Translations under genes and position numbers: made by a program
Notes under the pieces: model-generated
What the model was told of the DNA's origin: nothing
Seen by the model: only the letters and a program-made list of their open reading frames with translations
Databases searched by the model: none
Shown: in pieces, positions 47,176-54,807 of the stretch
How the letters are laid out: every line of letters begins with the position of its first letter
How positions within the stretch are numbered: position 1 is the first letter of the stretch
Assembly: GCA_964474355.1 (NCBI GenBank)
Contig: CAYYSY010000312.1
Coordinates: 1,517 to 65,516 of the forward strand
Direction: 5' to 3'
Length of the DNA: 64,000 nt
Origin: an uncultured Spirochaetaceae bacterium
GTDB lineage: Bacteria > Myxococcota_A > UBA9160 > UBA4427

Positions 47176-47185
47176 TGGCTACGTT
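47157..47185 (+). promoter_or_regulatory. Candidate sigma70-type promoter, TTGACG-N17-TACGTT, in repeat copy 2
   Basis: TTGACG lies at 47157-47162 and TACGTT at 47180-47185, with a 17-nt spacer. This is about 180 nt upstream of the nuoA-like start. Copy 1 has the same -35 hexamer but no -10-like hexamer. This is a pattern match only. Confidence 0.25.
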
Positions 47186-47361
47186 CGTGGGCGACGGCTC
47201 GCCGAGATCGCCGGCGTCGTCGCCCCCCTGAGCACCCCCCGGACCGAGCGTTCCGCATGCCGACCGTCGAACCCGACGGAGCCGGCGTCGTGCATGCGGT
47301 GACCGGAACGCCGGCCCAACGGGTCGAGCGGACGACCGGCCGACCTCGAGGAGGCGGGTGC

Positions 47362-47700
47362 ATGGGCGAGTACGCTGCGCTGCTGACACTGACCTCGGTC
47401 GGCGCACTCGTCGCCGGTCTCCTCGTGCTCTTCCACGTTCGCGTGAAGCCGCGCCGGCGCCGACGCGATGCATCGGGCGACCCGCCCGTCGACGTGCTCG
47501 CCGCCCTCGGCCGGTTCCAGACCTACGCCGCGCTCTTCGTCGCGTTCGGTGGGCTGGCCCTGCTGCTCGCCGCATGGGCCGCGCGGGTCGATGCTCTCGG
47601 CCGCGCCGGCCTCGGCATCGCGGCCCTCGTGACTGCCCCGCTGCTGGTCGGCTTCGCCCACTTGATCGCGCAGGGCGGCCTGGGGGACGACGACTCGTGA
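47362..47700 (+). CDS. NuoA-like (complex I subunit 3-like) 3-TM protein, degenerate
   Basis: ATG at 47362 with GAGGAGG 7 nt upstream. It has three TM helices and NuoA size. FVAFGGLALLLAAW stands where NuoA has F.IFDVEA..LF.W. There is no (Y/F)E(C/S)G motif. Confidence 0.6.
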   Translation: MGEYAALLTLTSVGALVAGLLVLFHVRVKPRRRRRDASGDPPVDVLAALGRFQTYAALFVAFGGLALLLAAWAARVDALGRAGLGIAALVTAPLLVGFAHLIAQGGLGDDDS

Positions 47701-48662
47701 GCACCGACGCCAGCGCATCCACCTCACTCCGACCGCCGCCCTGGCTCGATCGGATCGGACCCGCGTGGTGCGTCGTCGTCGCGGTCGCGAGCGTCGGCGT
47801 GATCCCGATGGGCTCGACCTATCTCGCGGGTGATCGGGCGATCTCGCTCGTCATCGCGGACCTCGATGGCTCTGCGCTGGTGCCCGCCGCGTTGGTCTGT
47901 CTGTCGGCGCTGGGCTTCGCCGCGATGGGCTGGTCGGTCCGCGACGCGGGCGCACGCCGGGCATGCCTCGGTGCTGGCGCGCAGACGCTCTCGTACGGCG
48001 TCGCCTTCGCGCTCGCCGTGCTGCCGCTGGCCCTCGTGCAGGGCTCGCTCGACCTCGTCGAGATCGTCGCGGGGCAGGACGCGACGTTCACGTTGGGCGA
48101 CGTCGCCGTGGTGCACGCGCTGCCCGTCCGTGAAGCCTGGCCCGCGTGGCCGAGCCTCCCGGCCTGGGGCCTGCTGCTGAACCCGCTCGCGGTCGTGCTC
48201 GTCACGATCTGCGGGCTCGGCGCGATGCGCCTGCCGCCCTTCGACGGTGTGGCGGCGGAGGCCGAGGCGCGCACCGCCCTGAACGCCGAGGGCAGCGGAC
48301 TGCGTCTCGGCAACGCAGTGATCGCCGACTTCGTCAACACGCTCGTGCTGGCGGGCCTGGTCGTCACGTTCGGGCTCGGTGGCTGGGCGATCCCCTGGCT
48401 CGCCGAGTCGGAGCTGCTCTCCGCGCTCGTGCGCGGCTACGGGCCGGGGCTCGGTACACTGCTCGGTGCCGGACTGCACGCAGGCAGCTTCGCACTCAAG
48501 CTCCTGCTCGTCTTCGTGCTGCTCCGCGCGGTCGGCCGCCGTTTCTCGCCCTTGTCCGAGTCGCGGATGAGCTTCCTCTGCTTCCGCCTCTTCGTGCCCC
48601 TCGCGATCGTCAACGTCTTCGTCACCGGCTACTGGCTGGTCGCGAGGCCGGGGCTCTCATGA
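47697..48662 (+). CDS. NuoH-like (subunit 1-like) membrane protein lacking the N-terminal TM1 and quinone-loop region
   Basis: The GTG at 47697 overlaps the previous stop (GTGA). Three segments align by eye to NuoH segments: IADLDGSAL...GWSVRD...GAGAQTLSYGV, MRLPPFDGVAAEAEA...AEGSG and TFGLGGW. There is no counterpart of the GPN..G..Q..AD..K loop. Confidence 0.65.
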   Translation: MSTDASASTSLRPPPWLDRIGPAWCVVVAVASVGVIPMGSTYLAGDRAISLVIADLDGSALVPAALVCLSALGFAAMGWSVRDAGARRACLGAGAQTLSYGVAFALAVLPLALVQGSLDLVEIVAGQDATFTLGDVAVVHALPVREAWPAWPSLPAWGLLLNPLAVVLVTICGLGAMRLPPFDGVAAEAEARTALNAEGSGLRLGNAVIADFVNTLVLAGLVVTFGLGGWAIPWLAESELLSALVRGYGPGLGTLLGAGLHAGSFALKLLLVFVLLRAVGRRFSPLSESRMSFLCFRLFVPLAIVNVFVTGYWLVARPGLS

Positions 48663-49189
48663 CCGCAGCGACCACCACCTTCCACCTGCTCGCCGCGGCC
48701 ACCCTGCTCGGCGCCCTCGTGCTGATCTTCGGCGCACGGTCGACGGTGGGGGCCGCCCTCGGCGCGGTGGGCTCGTCCATTGCGGTGGCCGGGCTCTTCG
48801 CGTTGCTCTCGGCGCCCTTCCTCGCGATTGCGCAGCTGCTGCTCGTCGTCGGTGCCGGGCTCGTGGGCCTGCTCTTCGTGGTGCTGCTCGTCGATCTCGA
48901 CTCGGAGCGCCTGCCCGCGCGCTCGGTGCGGCGACGTGTGGTGAATGGTCTGGGGGTCATCGCTGCGGCCTCGCTCGCGGGCATCGTCGTGCTCACGCTC
49001 GAGAGCACCGATCGGCCGGATCTGCCCGTCGATGCGGCGGTCGGTGGTCTCTTCTCGCTCGGTGAGACGCTCTACCGCGAGTTCGCGGCCCCGCTCGTCG
49101 GCCTGTCGCTCGTACTGCTGACCGGGCTCGTCGCGAGCCGCGTGCTGGCCGGTGTCGACGCCGGTGACACCCACGAGGGAGAGCGCTGA
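48659..49189 (+). CDS. NuoJ-like (subunit 6-like) membrane protein
   Basis: ATGA overlap with the previous gene. APFLAIAQLLLVVGAGLVGLLFVVLLV parallels NuoJ A.F.A.LEI.VY.GAI.VLF.FVVM. Confidence 0.6.
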   Translation: MTAATTTFHLLAAATLLGALVLIFGARSTVGAALGAVGSSIAVAGLFALLSAPFLAIAQLLLVVGAGLVGLLFVVLLVDLDSERLPARSVRRRVVNGLGVIAAASLAGIVVLTLESTDRPDLPVDAAVGGLFSLGETLYREFAAPLVGLSLVLLTGLVASRVLAGVDAGDTHEGER

Positions 49190-49527
49190 TGGTCTCCGTC
49201 GATCAGGTCGTCGGGCTCGCCATCGCCCTCTTCGCCATCGGGCTCGTGGGTGCGATCCGCCGCCGTCACGTCGTGGTCGTGCTCTTCGCCCTGCAGCTCG
49301 TGACGATCGCTGCCGCGCTCGCGTTCGTCGGCTTCAATCGCATGTGGGCGGGGCGCGCCCTCGCCGCGGGTGATGCGGCGGGGCTCGAAGGGCAGGCCTT
49401 CGCCTTCGTCGTGCTCGTGGTCGGGGTCGTGCAGCTGCTCGTGGGGATCGGGCTCGCCCTCGCCGTCCTGCGCCGCCGCGGCTCGGCCGACGTGGATGAC
49501 GTGAACCTGCTCGGGAGCTCGAGATGA
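49189..49527 (+). CDS. NuoK-like (subunit 4L-like) membrane protein with both conserved TM Glu replaced by Gln
   Basis: TGATG overlap with the previous gene. GLAIALFAIGLVGAIRRRHVVVVLFALQLVTIAAALAFV and AFVVLVVGVVQLLVGIGLALAVLRRRG align to E. coli NuoK ...LIGLEIMINASALAFV / ...[20 protein letters not shown]. Confidence 0.75.
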   Translation: MVSVDQVVGLAIALFAIGLVGAIRRRHVVVVLFALQLVTIAAALAFVGFNRMWAGRALAAGDAAGLEGQAFAFVVLVVGVVQLLVGIGLALAVLRRRGSADVDDVNLLGSSR

Positions 49528-51569
49528 GCCCGACCGAGACGGCCGCGCTGGCGTGGATCCCCGCTGCGCCCCTCTTCGTGGCGCTGGCATTCGGTCTCGC
49601 AAGCGGGCTGCTGCGGCGCAACCTCTCCGATCGAAACGTCGCCGCCATCACGTCCGCTGGCTTCGCCGTGTCCGCGCTGCTGAGCGTGATCTTCTTCGCG
49701 AGGCTCGTCGGCGGCGGGCTCGTCACGCCGATCGTCGAGCGCTCGGGCAGCTGGTTCGGGCTCGGCGTCGGCGCGGAGGCCCTCGACGTGGCCTTCGTGC
49801 TCCGGCTCGATCCGCTCTCGTCGTTGCTCTGTGTGCTGGCGAGCTTCATCGGGCTCGCGATCCAGCTGCACGCCGGCGTCCACATGTCGCGCAGCGATCA
49901 CGAGGACGGTGGGCTGCAGCGATTCTGCGCGCACTCGAGCGCGCTGCTCGCGTCGGTGCTGCTCTTCGTGCTGGCGGACGACATGGTGCTCGCGTTCGCC
50001 GCCTGGGTGTCGTGTGGGCTCTTCACGCGGCTGCTCGTCGGCTTCTGGTACAGCGAGGCCGATCGCACCGCGGCGTTGCAGAAGGTCTCGCTCAGGCAGC
50101 GTGCGGGCGACGCGTTCTTCCTCGCTGGTCTGCTCAGCGTCTTCTGGCAGCTCGTCGACGGTGGCGGCGCTGATCTCTCGTGGTCGAGCCTGCGCGCGGC
50201 GAGTGACACGCTGCTCGCCTCATCACCAGAGGCGGGCGACGGCGAGGCGGCGGCGGTGTGGACGCCCGCGGTCTTCACGGGTCTGCTCTTCGTGCTCGCT
50301 GCCGCGTCGCGCCTCTTCGTGCTCCCGTTCATGTTCGGTCTGCGCGCTGCGTCGGTGGCGCCTTCGCCCGCGTCGGCGCTGATCCAGTCGGTGGCCATGC
50401 CCTGCACCGGCATCCTGCTGCTGGTGCGTGTCTCGTTCCTCATCGAGGCGGTGCCGCTGCTCGAGACGACGCTCTGCTGGGTCGCGGGCCTGGGCGCCCT
50501 GATCTTCGTGCTCGCTTCGCTCACCGAGGACGACGGGCGTCAGATCCTCACGTGGTCGACCGCGAGCCAGCTCTCGATCGCGGCGCTGGCCGTCGGGCTC
50601 GGCGCCTACGACGTCGCGCTCTTCTTCGTCGTGGCGCATGCGTGCGCCAAGGCGCTGCTGATTCTCGGCGTCGCCACCGCGAGCAAGGCGCGGGGGCACG
50701 AGCACGATCGCAAGAAGCTCCAGCCGCTCGGCCTCGCCATGGTCTGGCCCCAGGCCTTCATGCTGATCGGGGGGCTCACGCTGGCCGGTCTGCCACCGAC
50801 GATCGCGTTCTTCTCGATCGAGCAGGTGCTCGACGCCGCCGACCGCGCCGAGGCGCTGCCGGGCCATCTCGTGCTCTGCGGCGTCGTGCTGGTGACCGTC
50901 TTCTTCACCGCGCTGTCGATGATCCGTCTCTACTACATCGTGTTCCCGGTGCGCTCGTCCTTCGATCCCGCGCGCCGCCGCCTGCAGTGGGAGCCGCATG
51001 GCCCCTCGCTCTGGAGCCTCGGCGCGCTCGCCGTGCTCTGCGTGTTCGGGGGCGTCATCGGCGTGTCGCAGATCTTCGGCGACCCGTTCGAGATCGAGCA
51101 GATGAACAGCCTCTCGGCCTTCTTCGAGCCGGTGCTGCCCGACGCGCATCCGCCACGCACCGAGCCCGGGCGGCAGACGATGTGGATCGCGCTGCAGGTG
51201 CTCGCCATGGCTGCCGGCAGCGTCGCCGGCCGTGCGCTCTTCCGCGGGCGCGCGGAGCCGATCCTCGATCTCCGCAATCGACTGCGCGGCCCCGCGCGCC
51301 GCGTCGTGCAGGCGTTCGATCCCGACAACGTGTTCGGCTGGCTGGTCATCGCGCCGAGCTCGGCCGTGGCGCGGGGGCTCGCGCGCGGGCCTTTCGGTGA
51401 GCGGCTCCTCGTGTGGCTGCTCGACACCGCGCCCTCCGGCCTGGCGATGTGGCTCGGCGGTCTGCTCGACCGCCACGGTCAGTCGGGGCAGACGCAGGGT
51501 GTGCTGGCGTCGATGCTCGTGGGCGCCGTGTTGATCGTGCTCGGCCTCACGCTCGGCGGGGTGCTCTGA
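49524..51569 (+). CDS. NuoL-like (subunit 5-like) antiporter-type membrane protein, degenerate
   Basis: ATGA overlap with the previous gene. LRLDPLSSLL, FVLADDMVLAFAAWVSCGLFTRLLVGFWY (compare L.LGWEGVGL.SYLLIGF.Y), PSPASALIQSVAMPCTG (compare PTPVSALIHAATMVTAG), TWSTASQL, HACAKALL. A long C-terminal extension is present. Confidence 0.75.
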   Translation: MSPTETAALAWIPAAPLFVALAFGLASGLLRRNLSDRNVAAITSAGFAVSALLSVIFFARLVGGGLVTPIVERSGSWFGLGVGAEALDVAFVLRLDPLSSLLCVLASFIGLAIQLHAGVHMSRSDHEDGGLQRFCAHSSALLASVLLFVLADDMVLAFAAWVSCGLFTRLLVGFWYSEADRTAALQKVSLRQRAGDAFFLAGLLSVFWQLVDGGGADLSWSSLRAASDTLLASSPEAGDGEAAAVWTPAVFTGLLFVLAAASRLFVLPFMFGLRAASVAPSPASALIQSVAMPCTGILLLVRVSFLIEAVPLLETTLCWVAGLGALIFVLASLTEDDGRQILTWSTASQLSIAALAVGLGAYDVALFFVVAHACAKALLILGVATASKARGHEHDRKKLQPLGLAMVWPQAFMLIGGLTLAGLPPTIAFFSIEQVLDAADRAEALPGHLVLCGVVLVTVFFTALSMIRLYYIVFPVRSSFDPARRRLQWEPHGPSLWSLGALAVLCVFGGVIGVSQIFGDPFEIEQMNSLSAFFEPVLPDAHPPRTEPGRQTMWIALQVLAMAAGSVAGRALFRGRAEPILDLRNRLRGPARRVVQAFDPDNVFGWLVIAPSSAVARGLARGPFGERLLVWLLDTAPSGLAMWLGGLLDRHGQSGQTQGVLASMLVGAVLIVLGLTLGGVL

Positions 51570-51606
51570 TGCGGGGCCCGATGCATGCGCTGGGGGGGGT
51601 GCTCTG

Positions 51607-53319
51607 ATGCAGGGGGTCTCGCTCTCACCCGGCGTCTTCCTCAGCGCGCTCGTGGTGGCGCCTCTCGTCGTCGCGGCGTTCGTGCTCGTGCTGCACGTCG
51701 CGATCGCCCGCGCCGTCGGACGAGATCGGGTGCCCAAGACGCTCTGGCGTCGGATCGGTCTCTCCGCCTCGGCGTTGCAGCTCGTCGTGGGAGGGGGATG
51801 GCTCTGGTCGAGCTTCGATCCCGAAGCCCTGGGTCCGCAGCTCGTCGGACGCTGGGAGTGGCTGCCCCAATACGGCTTCCACTTCCACTTCGCGATCGAC
51901 GGGCTCTCGCTCTTCCCGGTGCTGCTCGTGCTCTTCGTCGTGCCGGTGGCATGCTGGTCCACGCCCTCGAAGGCGGAGCGATTCACCGCCGGTGCGGTCG
52001 CGCGGGTGCTCGCCGTGCAGTCGGGCGTGCTCGGCGTGCTGCTCTCGGTGAACGTGATGCAGCTGCACCTGTTCTGGACCTTGCTGCTGCTGCCGACCTT
52101 CTTCGTGATCGTCAGCTGGGGCGGGCCGCGGCCGATGCGCTCGGCGTTCAGCTGGCTGGTGCCCGCGGCGCTCGGCAGCGCGCTGATGCTCTTCGTGTTG
52201 ATCGTCGTGCACCGTCTCGGCTACGAGCAGCTGCACGTCTGGGTCTTCGATCTCGTGAGCGGTCGTGGAAACGGTGCACCGGGTCTGCTCGACGTCGTCG
52301 TGCCGGTCCATGGGCCGCAGTCGACGCTCTTCGTGGCGCTGCTCGCGGCGGTCGCCATGCGGATGCGGGCCTTCCCGTTCCACGTGTGGTCGTCGACGGC
52401 GACCGAGCATGCGCCGCCCGACGGCTTCGTCCTGCTCGACGTGCTGCAGGGCGTGGTCGGCGTCTACATCGTGGTGCGCGTCGGCCTGCCGCTCCTGCCG
52501 GAGGGCGCGGCCTCGGTGGCGCCGTGGATGAGCGTCATCGCCGTCGTCGGGCTCGTCTACGGCGCACTGGTCGCCGGTGCGCAGCACGATCTGCGCCGCT
52601 TGCAGGCGTACGCGCAGACCGCCGCGCTCGGTCTCGTCACCTTGGGTGTGTTCACGCTCGCCGAGCACGGTCTCGTCGGTGCGCTGATCCATGGCTGGAG
52701 CGTGGCGCTCGCGAGCTCGGCCGTGCTCGTGCTGGTCGGCCTGCTCGTCGACCGCCGGGCGTCGACCGAGCTCTCCGACTACGGCGGGCTCTCGAAGCCG
52801 ATGCCGGTCTTCTCGCTCCTCTTCGCCGTGTCGCTCTTCGCTTTCTCGGGCATACCCGGGACGCTCGGCTTCGTGGGCGAGCTGCTCGTGCTTGCCGGTG
52901 GGTTCGCGCGCTCGCCGGGCCTGGCGCTCGTCGCGCTGCTCGGTGTGCTGATCTCGGGTGCGTGTCTGCTGCGCGCCTATCGCGAGGTGGCGCTGGGGCC
53001 CGTCGAGAATCCCGAGAACAGGGGGCTCATCGATCTCGGCTGGAGCGAGCGCGCGGGCGTGCTCGCGCTGCTGCTCCCCGTGATCGTGCTCGGCGTGCAT
53101 CCGAACCCGATGCTGCGGCGGGTCGAGCCGGCCGTGCTCGAGGTGCTGCACGTGATGGAGCTGCGGAGTGCGCTGGCCACCGACGCGGAGCTGCCGGGGG
53201 ACGCTGACGCGCAGCTCGGCGCCGTGTCGGCCGGGGAGCCGAATCATTCCGATCCCGAAGCGGGCAGCGCGCGACCATCGCCGGGCTCGCAGCTTGCCCG
53301 CGCGGCGGAGGCGCCCTGA
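51607..53319 (+). CDS. NuoM-like (subunit 4-like) antiporter-type membrane protein, degenerate
   Basis: FAIDGLSLFPVLL; LHLFWTLLLLPTFFVIVSWGG (compare FFFWE..L.PMYFLI..WG); AMRMRAFPFHVWS (compare FAVKMP..P.H.WLPDAH); GIPGTLGFVGELLVL. Confidence 0.75.
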   Translation: MQGVSLSPGVFLSALVVAPLVVAAFVLVLHVAIARAVGRDRVPKTLWRRIGLSASALQLVVGGGWLWSSFDPEALGPQLVGRWEWLPQYGFHFHFAIDGLSLFPVLLVLFVVPVACWSTPSKAERFTAGAVARVLAVQSGVLGVLLSVNVMQLHLFWTLLLLPTFFVIVSWGGPRPMRSAFSWLVPAALGSALMLFVLIVVHRLGYEQLHVWVFDLVSGRGNGAPGLLDVVVPVHGPQSTLFVALLAAVAMRMRAFPFHVWSSTATEHAPPDGFVLLDVLQGVVGVYIVVRVGLPLLPEGAASVAPWMSVIAVVGLVYGALVAGAQHDLRRLQAYAQTAALGLVTLGVFTLAEHGLVGALIHGWSVALASSAVLVLVGLLVDRRASTELSDYGGLSKPMPVFSLLFAVSLFAFSGIPGTLGFVGELLVLAGGFARSPGLALVALLGVLISGACLLRAYREVALGPVENPENRGLIDLGWSERAGVLALLLPVIVLGVHPNPMLRRVEPAVLEVLHVMELRSALATDAELPGDADAQLGAVSAGEPNHSDPEAGSARPSPGSQLARAAEAP

Positions 53320-53321
53320 AC

Positions 53322-54797
53322 GTGCTCGACGCGATCCCGCGCTGGGACGTCTTCGGCCCCGTCCTGTACGTCACGGTCGGCGCGCTCGTGGCGCTGCTCG
53401 TCGACGGCGCGGCGTCCGTCCGGCGCCGCCGCGGCGTGGGCGCGGGATCACCTTCGCGCCGCGGCCCGCTGCTCGCACTGACGAGCTCGATCGCGCTCGC
53501 TGCGGTCCTGTTGTCGGCGTGGGGCTCGCTCGTCGGTTCGGTGGAGCCGGCCTTCGACACGCGCACCGGTCTCTTCATCGTCGATCGGCTGACGAGCGTC
53601 GGCACCCTGATTCTCGCCTCGGCTGCACTCGTGACGCTCTGGCTCTCGGTGACGATGCTGTCGGTGGCGCGGCTCGAGCAGGGCTCGTTCCACGCGCTCG
53701 TGCTGCTCGCATCAGCGGGGATGTTCGTCGCCATCGGCAGCGGCCACCTTGCGTTCCTCTACGTGGGCCTCGAGCTCGCCTCGCTGTGCCTGTCGCTGTT
53801 GGCCGCGTACGACGGGCGCCGCGCCGCGAGCCTCGAAGCCGGACTCAAGCTGCACCTGATGGGCGGCTTCGCGAGCGGAATCATGCTCTTCGGCATGGCG
53901 CTGCTCTACGGCGCCACGGGTGAGCTCCGCTATGGCGCGCTCTGGGCGGCACTCGACGGCTCGGACTGGCTCGGGCTGGCGGGGCTCGGGCTCCTGCTCT
54001 GTGGGCTGCTCTTCAAGCTCGCCGTCTTCCCGTTCCACCAATGGGTGTCGGACGTGTTCGAGGGCGCGCCGGCATTCGCATCCGGCTATCTCGCCGTGGC
54101 GATGCCCACCACGGCCGTGATCGTGCTGCTCAGGCTGCTCGACGAGGCGATCCCGGCGGGTTTCGCGCCGGTGCCCGAGCTGCTGAAGGTCCTCGCGGTG
54201 GCGAGCATCGTGGTGGGACACGGACTCGCGCTCGTCGCACGATCGGTGAAGCGCATGCTCGCCTGCGCGGGGATCGCGCACTCGGGTCACCTTGCGCTGG
54301 GGCTTGCGTGCTCTTCGACCGAGGCGTTCGAGGCCGTGCTCTTCTACGTGTTCGTGTACGCGTTCATCGCGCTCGGCGCGCACGGCCTCGCCGCTTCGAT
54401 GGCGCACGGCGGGCGCGAGATCGAGACCACCGACGACTTCGCCGGGCTCGCGGGGGTGCGCCCCGTGGCCGCAGTGGCGTTGTCGATCTTCCTGCTCGCG
54501 CTCGCGGGCCTGCCCGGAACCGGCGGCTTCTGGGCGCTCTACAACCTCTTCTCGGCCGCGGTGGCCGAAGGTGCGATGCTGCCGGTCGTGGTTGCGCTCA
54601 TCGGCGTCGGTGTGTCGTGGCGCTATCTGCTCGCGATCCCGGTGGCGATGTTCACGCGGCCTGCGCCCCGGGGCGGCACCACGGCGCTCTCGACGGCGGA
54701 GGTCGTCGTGCTCGGGCTCTGCACGGCCGTCGTGCTCTATCTGGGCTGGCGCCCTGCGCCGGGGCTCGCCGACGTGCTGAGTGGGCTGGTGCGTTGA
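53322..54797 (+). CDS. NuoN-like (subunit 2-like) antiporter-type membrane protein
   Basis: GTG start. LYVGLELASLCLSLLAAY, SLEAGLKLHLMG, MLFGMALLYGATG, GLLFKLAVFPFHQWVSDVFEGAP, CAGIAHSGHLAL. It is the best-conserved subunit of the set. Confidence 0.8.
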   Translation: MLDAIPRWDVFGPVLYVTVGALVALLVDGAASVRRRRGVGAGSPSRRGPLLALTSSIALAAVLLSAWGSLVGSVEPAFDTRTGLFIVDRLTSVGTLILASAALVTLWLSVTMLSVARLEQGSFHALVLLASAGMFVAIGSGHLAFLYVGLELASLCLSLLAAYDGRRAASLEAGLKLHLMGGFASGIMLFGMALLYGATGELRYGALWAALDGSDWLGLAGLGLLLCGLLFKLAVFPFHQWVSDVFEGAPAFASGYLAVAMPTTAVIVLLRLLDEAIPAGFAPVPELLKVLAVASIVVGHGLALVARSVKRMLACAGIAHSGHLALGLACSSTEAFEAVLFYVFVYAFIALGAHGLAASMAHGGREIETTDDFAGLAGVRPVAAVALSIFLLALAGLPGTGGFWALYNLFSAAVAEGAMLPVVVALIGVGVSWRYLLAIPVAMFTRPAPRGGTTALSTAEVVVLGLCTAVVLYLGWRPAPGLADVLSGLVR

Positions 54798-54807
54798 GCC
54801 GAGGGGC

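Noticed and set aside
49266-53247. Several long antisense ORFs across the nuo-like genes (for example 50223-51986 and 51625-53247, minus strand)
   Set aside because: The translations are Arg/His/Glu/Asp-rich and hydrophilic, with no recognisable domains. The plus-strand frames give continuous polytopic membrane proteins with Nuo motifs and overlapping stop/start codons.
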